Source: Octopus vulgaris
Taxonomy: Eukaryota
Direction of reading: 5' to 3'
Assembly: GCA_951406725.2 (NCBI GenBank)
Contig: OX597820.1
Coordinates: 17,422,001 to 17,486,000, forward strand
Length of the DNA: 64,000 nt
The notes below the pieces were generated by a model, which saw nothing but the letters and a program-made list of their open reading frames with translations, had not been told where the DNA came from and did not search any database. This document shows positions 14,166 through 28,659 of the stretch, in pieces. The translations under genes were made by a program, and so were the position numbers. Numbering within the stretch: position 1 is the first letter of the stretch; each line of letters starts with the position of its first letter.

Positions 14166-15120
14166 TATAACATGAGAATTACGTTGCGTGGAAAACATTC
14201 TAGTGATTACAAATAAATGTTCTGTACTCCTTACTGACCCCAGCTTATTCAATTATGTGTGTGTGTGTGTGTTTACTCTCTTTCCGTTTCGAAATACTAT
14301 TTCAGTACTTTATAGTGGTACAACAGTGGCAACGGTTGTTCGGTTGCTATGGTATCGGGGTGTATGCCCTTGCAGGTCCAACCAAACTCCAAAGATACCG
14401 AACTACTGATCCTACGGAAGGATTTCCTCGTGGAAGCGAGACCGCAGTATATTCGCTAGAGGCTGGAAACTAGCTAAACGGAAGGGATGGACTCGAGTGG
14501 TATCCAAGAAATAAGAAAAAGCCACTTGGAAGGCCTCCATTACGATGGGAAAACGATTTGGGTTAGGGCGGAAAAGAATGGAGCAGTCAAGAGAGAATCG
14601 GAAGTGCATTGTGACTGGTGATGTATAACAGCATTTAATGGTTTTGGTCGATACCGTGATACTGTGACATACAAACTTACAAACATATATTTGCAATTTT
14701 GTACGTATATAATAACCAATATATATGCTGGTTCCTTTTTTCCAATCACGCATTAGATTGCATACAGAGAGTAAAAGAGAGACGCAGAGAGTTTACACAA
14801 GAATTGAAGGTTAAGTGTATTATACTAGGCTTGGTGGCAGGCAATAAGTAAAGGAACACTAGGAATAAGTTAGTGCTTAGATGCTGGTTGTTAGAATTCA
14901 TTATTATAAATTTCTGTTCTGACTCTCAGCGTCGGTATCATGAAAATATGATATTTGTCATATGAAAGATATACGTAAATGTAATTGTAAATTGGATATT
15001 CATTTCAAATTCAACTCTCGTAAACTTTCAAATAATATTATTTTGTTTACATTCCGAAATGAGTTATTTATTTACAAATTACGTTTATATGCATCATATA
15101 CATATCTACATATCTACACA

Positions 15121-15181
<61 letters not shown>

Positions 15182-15429
15182 TTGTTCAAATTTACAGGAA
15201 ACCAAAAATGAAGGTAGGCGTAGTAACAGCAAACATGTGTATTAGCTTAACGCTCGGGAAGAATGGAAAAGCCTTTAACGCTTTTAGCCTACGCTAGCCT
15301 TCGACAGAACGGATTAAGAGTGGGGGAAGGCGAGAAAGAATGAAAAAATACGGAGAGCAAAAAAAATGTGTGGAGATTAATGGTTTAACATAGTTACATG
15401 TTCGGAAAAAAGAGGCTAAATGAAAGGGA

Positions 15430-15445
15430 GATAATAATAATAATG

Positions 15446-15490
<45 letters not shown>

Positions 15491-15915
15491 GTCCGGATGC
15501 AGTACCAAGCAGTGGCTTTCATGGCTTCTTATCTTAAGTGGTTGGAAGTGTTATCATGTACATTGCTTTGTCTTGGTATAAAAGATGGGATACAGCAAAT
15601 ATTCTGCTCAATACCAAAGATTTGCTTGTCAGTTGTTTGACCATAACCAGTTGAGCATGTCCCTTAGTGGCTGACGATATGTGCATCTCTGATCACAAAC
15701 AGAAGTAGTGAAGGAGCATCATAGCCATGTGTTGAGAGGAATGCTTTGGGGGATTTTAATAATTCACCTCTGGAAAAAATGGTGTTTTGTTCATCATCAT
15801 TAAACAAACCTTATTCAGAGACCATTTGAGCGGGGTAGGCTATTCAACCTAAAGAAAATTCTAACTGGGCCTCTCCTGCCAGGTCATCCTGTGTTAATCT
15901 TGATGAGATCACCAA
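15430..15915 (-). mobile_element. Retroposon 3' region with (TTA)n tail
   Basis: Homologous to 5637-5872; the (TAA)n tract at 15432-15488 is the tail on the minus strand. Confidence 0.65.
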
Positions 15916-15924
15916 TATATATAA

Positions 15925-16066
15925 TTGCAGCGTGGAAGGTGTTTATAAGCCATTTAAGAAACACACAAAAACCGTTAGATTCACTTCAACATTTAAATTT
16001 AATTTGCCAAAAACTTTTCGTCGCTTTGAGACCGCGTCCTGTTCACTGACAAAATTACGTGCAGCA
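15925..16066 (-). mobile_element. Short repeat with a G3-C8 hammerhead-like motif (copy 1, decayed)
   Basis: Near-identical to 60495-60636 and the reverse complement of 18446-18585. Motif at 16003-16053. Confidence 0.7.
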
Positions 16067-16760
16067 CGGTTGTGGTTGAGCTTTTCCCCTTTTACCAAGC
16101 CACTGTTTACGACGTTTAACATTTCGATAGAAGATCCATTTTTCATCACCAGTCACAAGTCTATCCAAAAATGGTGAAATGAGTTCGCGACAATGGAGAG
16201 AAGAGCAGATGTCAACTCGGGATTTGCGGTTGCTTTTGAATAATTCATGAGGTACCCATTTTCCAGGTTTAGGAAACTTTCCAAGTTGTTGATGATGACG
16301 ATGAACAGTTGTATTGTTTGTACTAAGCTTTGTTGCCAATTCTTCAACTGATAATGCAGGGTTTTCTTCAAGTAATGTCTCAAGGAGCTTATCATCAAAT
16401 TCAACTGGACGCCCTGTTCGGTCTTCATCTTCAAGGCTGAAATCTCCGCTTCTGGATTTTGCAAAGCATTCTTTCCCATAAACTGATTGTGTGTTTCCAG
16501 TCGCTTCGACTGCAGAGTTTCCTTTTTTTGTACTCATAAATCATTACGTACCTCAAATGCTCTTTGGATATTTCCATGTTAGAAAGGGTTTTAATCAAAG
16601 AAATTTTAATTCTATTATTCTCTTAAATAATAATTATTAGTTTAAATGTACAGAAATGCATAAAAATAATTTTTAATTCCATTAGGTATTCTAAAATGCT
16701 ATTAAATTTCATTCAGTTTTGAAAATGGTAAAATCGGACAGAACTTATGGGATGACCTGA
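16066..16760 (-). pseudogene. Truncated mariner transposon (one TIR plus N-terminal half of the transposase)
   Basis: TIR 16731-16760 followed by TA. ATG at 16577 gives MEISKEHLRYVMIYEYKK, then a frameshift in an A-run, then ...FSLEDEDRTGRP...GKWVPHEL...FLDRLVTGDEKWIFYRNVKRRKQW (HTH region, WVPHEL linker, first catalytic D). C-terminal half is missing. Confidence 0.93.
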
Positions 16761-17555
16761 TATATAGGTATGCTTATAAGGGTACAGGACACCACAAAAC
16801 GTAAACAACATGAAATACGAAAATAACGTTGGGCATGCAAAGAACGAAAGAAACAAACGGTAAACAAGACAAGGAACATAAAAAACGACCATTCATCAGT
16901 TGTCGGTTGTCCTTCTACTACTTACTCCGAGCAATGAACGACAAGATAAGACTTTGAAGGCAGTTGACCCCTAGAACCAAAATAAAATTTGGGATTTGTG
17001 GAGGGTCAAATTTGGTAACAAAAACAGAACATTCAACAGACGAAACGAAGCGAATACAAACAGGGAGGGCCGTTAGGTTAGACGAGGTAAGGTAGCGAAC
17101 GCTGGAAGAAAATTCTTTGATAAAAGGAAAATGATGAGACAGATAGATATATATTTGCGGAGAGAGAGAGAGAGAGAGATGGGAGGGTGAAAGAGGTGTA
17201 ACTACAATTTGATGCCTCAGCATATATTTGTTAATTACATATCTTTTAATGAAATTTTGTAGCGATAGAATTTCGATGAAGCAGAGAGGGATTACACTGA
17301 GAAAATTGAGAAAATATTAACATATAATTATTTATTGCAAATATAGAAATGGGAAATGTAACATTTAATAAACATTTAAGGAAAGAAATACTTTTCCTCT
17401 GAAAATTAGACTTCATTCCATCATTTCGTATCAGCACCAAGGAATTTTATAACAGTTAAATTATAATCACTTCATGCATACATGACTTAATTCCAGGTAT
17501 TACCCATGGGGGCATGAATACGCTTTCTAATTTACCTGCCATATAACGGATAACT

Positions 17556-17595
<40 letters not shown>

Positions 17596-17759
17596 TTAAA
17601 TATATATATATATATATACATAAATATATATTCATACATAAATATATACATAAATATATATATCTACATACATATATATATATATATATATATACATAAA
17701 TATATATATACATACATAAATATATATATATATACACATACATAAATATATATACATAC

Positions 17760-17798
<39 letters not shown>

Positions 17799-17943
17799 CA
17801 TGTATATATATATATACATACATAAATACATGCATACATAAATATATACATTCATTTTCAAAGTGCTTGAAGCGCTTGTTATCTATTGTAGCATTCTGCA
17901 AACTTGCATTAAACATATTTCTGTTGTTCAACACGTTCTTCTT

Positions 17944-18150
17944 TATTACCTCCACCTTAGCGAAGGCGAAGTATTGTTTTCAGCCGTGGTTGTTTGTTTG
18001 TGTGTGGACAAAGATATCTCAAGAACCGCTCGATGAATTCGGATGAAACTTTCAGGAATGTTTGGCCTAGTAACTGGCACGATCTCGTCAGATTTTGGGA
18101 CCAATCCGGTGCCGGATAAGGATTCTGAATTGTTTATCCTGTATTTTTTT
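17944..18150 (+). mobile_element. DINE-1/Helentron-associated non-autonomous element fragment
   Basis: TTATTACCTCCACCTTAGCGAAGGCGAAGTATTGTTTTC...GTTTGTTTGTGTGTG...ATATCTCAAGAACCGCTCGATGAATTCGGATGAAACTTT, a 5' layout typical of HINE/DINE-1-like elements. Confidence 0.6.
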
Positions 18151-18264
18151 TCTTTTACTTTACATGTATATGTAACGTTTCACATAGTTCTCTTGTACAC
18201 GCACACGCATACACACATAAACTCACACATTTTTATTGTTGAACATTAGCATCCCATTTCCATT

Positions 18265-18310
<46 letters not shown>

Positions 18311-18445
18311 CAAAGCTTTTTCACACCTTCCTTCGTTATTCATCTATCATCCTTTCCTTTCTCATTCATACGACATTCTCTTTGCCAATTTACCTCCTCT
18401 GCCTTCTCCTCATACTCCGGCGCTATTATATATATATATAAATCC

Positions 18446-18642
18446 CACGGATTTTTGACAGTGAACAGGTCGCGGTCTTAAAGCGACGAAAATATTCTGA
18501 CAAATTAAACTTAAATGCTGAAGTGAATCGAACGGCTTTTGTGTGTTTCTTAAATGGCTTACAAACACCTTCCACGCTGCAATTGTCTTCGTTTCAGCAC
18601 ACGATCTCAGATTAAATCACTTGCTATGCAAGTACATCTCCG

Positions 18643-18645
<3 letters not shown>
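18446..18645 (+). mobile_element. Short repeat with a G3-C8 hammerhead-like motif (copy 2)
   Basis: TTTGACA-GTGAACA-G-GTCGC-loop-GCGAC-GAAA-ATAT-TC-TGACAAA at 18454-18504, flanked by (TA)n. Confidence 0.7.
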
Positions 18646-18682
<37 letters not shown>

Positions 18683-18869
18683 TTTTATAATTATGAGTAT
18701 AATTATAATTAGGGTTCAGCAAAATTTGCTTCACCACATACCGAAATTTAGAAATAGCAGTTAAAACTAACTATTTCACGAGCATAAGAAAATCTCCCAG
18801 ACAGCAACTACTCAACAACCCACGCAGGTAAAGAGAGGGAAAAATAACGAATCTACCTGGCTCTGATTA

Positions 18870-18944
18870 ACTGTATACGCGTTTCGGAGTTGTGAAAGAT
18901 GTAAAATCATATTTCCACTCTATCATTCTCCTCATCAGTACAGT
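18870..18944 (-). ncRNA. Type I hammerhead ribozyme motif with palindromic minimal stem III
   Basis: Minus: ACUGUA-CUGAUGA-GGAG...CUCC-GAAA-CGCG-UA-UACAGU. Stem I is 6 bp and the cleavage triplet is GUA. Confidence 0.8.
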
Positions 18945-19072
18945 AATTCAAGATTTTTAATTTGAGAGCACTGTAAATATTAAGCATACTTATCTGATCA
19001 GGCGACATCAAACAACATACATCTAACGACCAGTACTTCTGAATTCAAACAGACGAATGAGATTTCGTATTC

Positions 19073-19194
<122 letters not shown>

Positions 19195-19661
19195 GAGAGA
19201 GATATACAAATATATAAAAAGACAACGCTCATTATATTAAATTATACGTCATTTTAACACCGTACCGTATGCTTACATATATACATAATTCTATACATCG
19301 ATCTAAAACAACAGCATTTCTAAAGGAAGACCAGAATTTAAGAGAAGAGAAAACCAAAAGATCTCATGATATTCATTGAAGGATTTTACTTCTGATAGTC
19401 TCATTTTAAAAATCATATCCGTTTAATCGTTGAGAGAACACTTGGTGTTGCGTTGGCGGTGCTTTACGCTCTCTGAATGCTCTTGTTATTATTATATTAA
19501 TATTTCAGCTGACTTATATTGTTTCCGCTTACCCAACTTTATGCTCACATTTACCACTGCATATCCATTTGGGCACAATCATATATCTTCTTTATCTTTA
19601 TCTTTATCTTTATCTAGTTTCAGCTCACGAGCTGTAGCCATGCTGGGGCAAGAATATATAT

Positions 19662-19815
19662 ATAGGTGCAGGAGTGACTGTGTCGTAAGCAATTTGCTTC
19701 CTAACCACATGGTCCTGGGTTCGGTACCACTGCGCGGCAGATGTCTTCTACTATAGCCCCGGGTCGACCAAAGCCTTGTGAGTGGATTTGGTAGACGAAA
19801 ACTGTGAAGAAGCTC

Positions 19816-19905
<90 letters not shown>

Positions 19906-20104
19906 TTGTCCCTCAGTCATTGCTTGACAACCGATGCTGGTGTGTTTATGTTTCCGTAACTTAGCGGTTCGGCAAAAGAGTCCGATAGAATAAGTACTAG
20001 ACTTACAACGAATAAGCTCTGCGGTCGATTTCATCGACTAAAACCATTTAAGGCAGTACTCCAGCATGACAACAGTCAAATGACTGAAACAAGTACAAGA
20101 GTAA
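19662..20104 (+). mobile_element. SINE family A
   Basis: GGTGCAGGAGTGACTGTGTCGTAAG...GGGTTCGGTACC...central (TA)n(TG)n...AGTCAAATGACTGAAACAAGT. Confidence 0.88.
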
Positions 20105-20211
20105 ACGCGTATATATATATATATATATATAGGGACAATTAGTCATTTCTACCAAAAATATTACTAATCCCACCGAATGCAATTTTTCAAAGTAAGACAT
20201 TTAAAAATATA

Positions 20212-20257
20212 GACCTGTATCACAGTGATTTCATACTTACGTACTCATCAGCAGGCC
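20212..20257 (-). ncRNA. Type I hammerhead ribozyme, copy 1
   Basis: Minus: GGCCUG-CUGAUGA-GUAC-GUAA-GUAU-GAAA-UCAC-U-GUGA-UA-CAGGUC. All three stems form and the triplet is AUA. Confidence 0.85.
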
Positions 20258-20691
20258 AGAATGCATTATAAATAAACAACGACCCTGCCCCGCTTAAGTC
20301 GATCAGCTAACTGTTCAACATCATCGAAGCACATGGGTGAGTTTACATATATTACATACGGTCAAATGGCAAACTTTTACGAATTGCATTTCGGGAGAGG
20401 AAAAGTTTTTTCGGAATAAAAATTTAGCAATTAAGGACAACTACTTAATAAGGAAAACTTAACAAGAAATTGTCAGGTAGATAGCGTAAAAACCTCATAA
20501 GAGAAAAATTTCGAAAATAATTATTTCTTATTGAACATATTAATTTATATATAGAGGGCATTATACATACATGCCAGAAGGCATTATATATACATGCCAA
20601 ACGCTAAGAGGGACAATTAGTCATTTCTACCAAAAATATTACTAATCCCACCGAATGCAATTTTTCAAAGTAAGACATTTAAAAAAATATA

Positions 20692-20737
20692 GACCTGTAT
20701 CACAGTGATTTCATACTTACGTACTCATCAGCAGGCC
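20692..20737 (-). ncRNA. Type I hammerhead ribozyme, copy 2
   Basis: Identical to 20212-20257, offset by exactly 480 nt. Confidence 0.85.
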
Positions 20738-20997
20738 AGAATGCATTATAAATAAACAACGACCCTGCCCCGCTTAAGTCGATCTTTTGGTAGAAATGAC
20801 TAATTGTCCCTCTTAGCGTTTGGCATGTATATATAATGCCTTCTGGCATGTATGTATAATGCCCTCTATATATAAATTAATATGTTCAATAAGAAATAAT
20901 TATTTTCGAAATTTTTTCTCTTATGAGGTTTTTACGCTATCTACCTGACAATTTCTTGTTAAGTTTTCCTTATTAAGTAGTTGTCCTTAATTGCTAA

Positions 20998-21043
<46 letters not shown>

Positions 21044-21325
21044 CGCTTGGATGCATGTATGTACGTATGTGTGTATATGTGTGTGTGTGTTTGTCGATGA
21101 CGGTGATGTTGATGATGATGATAACGGGGATGCGGTCGATGATGACGACGACGACGATGATGATGATGATGATGACGATGTTGATGTGAATCCGCCGCCA
21201 ATCCCCAAACCCAACAATTCTCACACTCCTGGCTTCAACCACATCAGAATCATATTGAAATGTTGCATGAACCAACTGATGCTCAATAATATAGTTAACT
21301 ATATATACACACATGGAACACAGAG

Positions 21326-21752
21326 ATATGTAACACGCTGCGTAAATACCAATCTCGAGAAATTAGGCTTCTCAAAATCAGAAAGGAGAAAGCTAATTCG
21401 AAGACTACAGATCGAATCCATCACTGGAACTGTAAAAATCTGTAAAACTTTCCAGAAGTTTATCGTTTAAATATATACGAGTGTGTCTAGATATGCAACT
21501 ATATGCATTAGAATACATACATAAAGCAAAACATACAAATCTGCATACATACATACATACGTACATACATACATACATACATACATACATACATACATAC
21601 ATACATGCATACATACATACACACATACATACATACATACATACAAACAACAATACCCTGTTGTTGATGTTGAAATTCCAATGAAGGAGCCTTGGATCAA
21701 GGTTAGAAACCGGTTCTTTCTCTATTGACAAGAAATCTTGAAATAAACTGAA
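21326..21752 (+). mobile_element. 5'-truncated R4/Dong-like (RLE) non-LTR retrotransposon 3' end
   Basis: YVTRCVNTNLEKLGFSKSERRKLIRRLQIESITGTVKICKTFQKFIV* (stop at 21470) resembles the RLE-element C-terminus (L..LG....LQ...I.GT.KI.K.F). The 3' UTR has a (TACA)n insert and AATAAA. Confidence 0.6.
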
Positions 21753-22084
21753 GAATGACATACATATACACACATGTACATACACAAATGCATATACATA
21801 CACACATATATACACACATACATACCCACACATATACAAACATACATGCATACATACTTGTTTACACACACAGATAACAACTTGCACGCACACACACGCA
21901 CACATAAACATTGTCGATGTGGAAATATCTGGGTGGTAGCTTGATCTGCTAGAAATAGCAGCCATTGTGTTGAAATGGGAATGAAATGGGAAGGCCTAGG
22001 TGCTCTTCTGTGGGATCTCTTTCAATCATAGACCTGCCTCAACAAGACTACTCTGGGCTGAACAGCATCCACACTCATTCACAG

Positions 22085-24985
<2,901 letters not shown>

Positions 24986-25324
24986 ACACAGGCACGCACA
25001 AATATCCTAATCGCCAGTATGGGTGGCGAGTTTCCACAGAGCATCAATAAAGCAAAAGAAACGAGAGACCAGCCACAGCGCTTTCCTCATAGGACAGTGA
25101 TCGAGTAACACTCGGCTTTCATTGGTTGATTGCTCAACACAACCACAACCACCACAACATACACCTTGCAAATATCACTAACTTTGAGATTACAGGTGTA
25201 GTTTGAGACGTAGGTTTGTTTAGGAGTATGTGTGTGAATGTATGTAGGTGTTCGAGGTGGAAGGGTGGGATCGGAGTCAGTGTGGATAATGTATGTTTGA
25301 ATGCTTCGTTATATATATTTCTGT

Positions 25325-26500
25325 AGCAAGGCAGAGATCTGGTATAATCGTTAAGCAGGCCGGGTGAAAAGCTTAGCCGTATTTCGTCTGCCGCTACGTT
25401 CTGAGTTCAAATTCCGCCGAGGTCGACTTTGCCTTTCATCCTTTCGGGGTCGATTAAATAAGTACCAGTTACGCACTGGGGTCGACATAATCGACTTAAT
25501 CCGTTTGTCTGTCCTTGTTTGTCCTCTCTATGTTTAGCCCCTTGTGGGTAGTAAAGAAATAGGTATTTCGTCTGCCGTTACGTTCTGAGTTCAAATTCCG
25601 CCGAGGTCGACTTTGCCTTTCATCCATTCGGGGGTCGATAAATTAAGTACCAGTTACGCACTGGGATCGATATAATCGACTTAATCCGTTTGCCTGTCCT
25701 TGTTTTGTCCTCTCTGTGTTTAGCCCCTTGTGGCTAGTAAAGAAACAGGTATTTCGTCTGCCGCTACGTTCTGAGTTCAAATACCGCCGAGGTCGACTTT
25801 GCCTTTCATCCTTTCGGGGTCGATTAAATAAGTACCAGTTACGCACTAGGGTCGATATAATCGACTTAATCCGTTTGTCTGTCATTGTTTGTCCCCTCTG
25901 TGTTTAGTCCCTTGTGGGTAGTAAAGAAACAGGTATTTCGTCTGCCGTTACGTTCTGAGTTCAAATTCCGCCGAGGTCGACTTTGCTTTTCATTCTTTCG
26001 GGGTCGATTAAATAAGTACCAGTTACGCATTGAGGTCGATATAATCGACTAAATCCGTTTGTCTGTCCTTATTTGTCCCCTCTGTGTGTAGCCCCTTGTG
26101 GGCAGTAAAGAAATAGAAACAGGTATTTCATCTGTCTTTATGTTTTGAGTTCAAATTCCGTCGAGGTCGACTTTGCTTCTCGTTGTTTCCGCGTCGATAT
26201 ATTATGTACCAGTTGCATAGTGAGGTCGATCTAATCGACTGCCCCCCTCCCCCAAATTTTCGGGCCTTGTGCCTAGAGTAGAAATGAATGCATATTTCTT
26301 TAGTATAGCGGTGAGCTGGCAGAATCGTTAGCACGCCGGGTATTTCGTCCGTCTTCACGTTCTGAGTTCAAATTCCATCAAGGCCCACTTTGCCTTTCAT
26401 TCTTTCGGGCTCAATCAAATAAGTACCAGCTACGCACTGGAGTCGATGTAATCGACTTAATACTTTCCCCCAAATTTGAGGCCTTAGGCTTCCAGTAGAA
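25325..26500 (+). mobile_element. Multimeric SINE family B array (head plus 4-5 tandem units of about 185 bp) and one further copy
   Basis: Units restart at (G)GTATTTC(G/A)TCTG near 25379, 25562, 25748, 25932 and 26122. The last unit carries the alternative tail CCCCCTCCCCCAAATTTTCGGGCCTTGTGCC. Confidence 0.9.
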
Positions 26501-26558
26501 AGGTTTACATATTTCTATAGTCATCTGGTATATATTTCGATAATTTAATGTATCCATA

Positions 26559-26603
<45 letters not shown>

Positions 26604-26977
26604 CGCGGACGTGACTGTGTGGTAAGAAACTTGCTTCGCACCCACATGGTTCCGGGTTCAATCCCACTATAGCCTGTTATCTATCTAGTTGGCCATCAAG
26701 CTAGACCTACATACGTGTATATATTACGTATACGGGACTATATTAATTTACAAAGCAAAACTAATGAGGAATACACGCGTACTTGAATATAATGAATACT
26801 AACAATAATAACGTCATATAATATTGTGTCTGAAGAGAGATATTCTCTTTTAGTGCCTTATTACTTAATACACGCACCGGTTCGATTTCCACTCATTTAT
26901 ATATTTTTTCTTTTGTAAAATTTTCATTGCGTCTTGCAACTGCTTGAAACGAAACGTCATATAAGTGAAAAGGGAAA

Positions 26978-27010
26978 GGTTATGGTGCGTGACTTTTGGC
27001 CCACCCTGTA
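26978..27010 (-). mobile_element. Solo Tc1-like terminal repeat
   Basis: Minus TA-CAGGGTGGGCCAAAAGTCACGCACC; no partner TIR found. Confidence 0.4.
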
Positions 27011-27064
27011 TATATAATATATACATATATGCAGAGATAGATAGATAGAGAGAGAGAGAGAAAT

Positions 27065-27101
<37 letters not shown>

Positions 27102-27150
27102 TTGATTGATTGATTGATTGACAGATTGATTGATAGAGATAGATATAAAT

Positions 27151-27181
<31 letters not shown>

Positions 27182-27202
27182 TAGATAGAGAGAGAGATAA
27201 TG

Positions 27203-27361
<159 letters not shown>

Positions 27362-27479
27362 GGATGGATAAATGTGGTTGCTGAGCGAATGTTGTACGTT
27401 TGTGTGCGGTAGCATGATGCCGCGTGTGACTAGGAGCTTGGGTGAATGTGTATTAATCTGTCTGCCAGTTTGTCTAGCT

Positions 27480-27727
27480 CAGCGGTTCTCAACCGGAGTC
27501 CACGTGATCTTTGGAGGGATCCACATAAGATTTCGTTGTTAAAATTTTATTTGCAATAAAATTGTTTATACATTCTACAATACACAAATCAATTCAACAA
27601 TACTTTTAAACCCATTATCTTATAATATTCGTTTACAGAACTATACAAGGAATTTTTAAACATTGAATCGCTTATAATAGCGCACCCGAATAAACTAGGA
27701 ATCGAAAAGATGGTTTGAGAACTATTG
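27480..27727. mobile_element. Decayed hAT-like MITE
   Basis: Imperfect TIRs CAGCGGTTCTCAACC / GGTTTGAGAACTATTG; no clear 8-bp TSD. Confidence 0.5.
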
Positions 27728-27969
27728 GATTCCTGCTTCTTATCAGTTTGCGCGCGAACGTGTTGTTTTTGCTGTAGTAGATAATGAGGATGAATGAGTC
27801 TCTGAGGTAAGACCTGGGCGTGTGATATTATGCGCGTGCGTGATTTTTCTCTCTGAAGACCTCCAAGGCGATATGGAGCTGATAACTCCGGAACAAGATA
27901 TATGAGATGGCGAGGAAGCAACCCATGGAAAGATGGGAGCACATTGTGATAAGCAATATATATATATAT

Positions 27970-28281
27970 ATCGCGTGATCAACGTGACAGACCAGGTTAT
28001 CAGATGTTGCTACACATCGCTGGTCACAATGCACTTCGCATTGTTTTAACCTTCAAATGACGCCACCCCGATGGCTAACCGAGCAGGCCAACAGAAGAGT
28101 GAAAAAAAAGTTCTGGCGAAAGAGTACAGCAGGGATCGCCATCACCCCTGGCCGGAGCGTCGTGGAGCTTTAGTTGTTTTCGCTCAATAAATACTCACAA
28201 CGCTCGGTCTGGGAATCGAAACCGCGAACCCTACGACCGCGAGGTGTCCGCTACCCTAACCACTGGGCCATTGCGCCTCTA

Positions 28282-28283
<2 letters not shown>
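27970..28283 (-). mobile_element. tRNA-derived SINE family C
   Basis: Minus head GAGGCGCAATGGCCCAGTGGTTAGGG...GGTTTCGATTCCC and tail ...CACGTTGATCACGCGAT. Matches 30649-30948. Confidence 0.88.
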
Positions 28284-28322
<39 letters not shown>

Positions 28323-28328
28323 TGTATA

Positions 28329-28369
<41 letters not shown>

Positions 28370-28659
28370 TGTATATGCATACAAACATAATATATACATA
28401 CATAATACATACATACATACATACATACATACATACATACATACATACATACATACATACATAAAACATACATACATAAAACATACATACATACATACAT
28501 ACATGCATATATACATACATACATACATACATACATACATACATACATGCATATATACATACATACATACATACATACATACATACATGCATATATACAT
28601 ACATACATACATACATGCATACATACATACATACATACATACATACATACATACATACA

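Larger units (their letters stand above)
20131..21005 (-). mobile_element. Retrozyme/Penelope-pLTR-like element: tandem direct repeat with two hammerheads plus an inverted partial copy
   Basis: 20131-20304 is repeated at 20609-20784. 20785-21005 is the reverse complement of about 20416-20635. The block is bounded by (TA)n on both sides. Confidence 0.75.

Noticed and set aside
20991-21300. Poly-Asp/poly-His ORFs
   Set aside because: (GAT/GAC)n microsatellite; only the 3' end of the plus-strand ORF is a LINE remnant.
25379-26285. Regular ~185-bp repeats as a CRISPR array or satellite
   Set aside because: No unique spacers, and the units are SINE bodies found dispersed elsewhere in the window.
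26824-26964. TTGTGT-CTGAAGA...GAAACGTC-ATATAA possible hammerhead
   Set aside because: Stem I is possible only with G-U pairs, and the 115-nt interior gives no closing stem II; too weak to call.
28200-28283. tRNA gene-like sequences (also near 9600-9680, 30870-30948, 44140-44217)
   Set aside because: A and B boxes run directly into SINE bodies with no acceptor stem or terminator; they are SINE heads.
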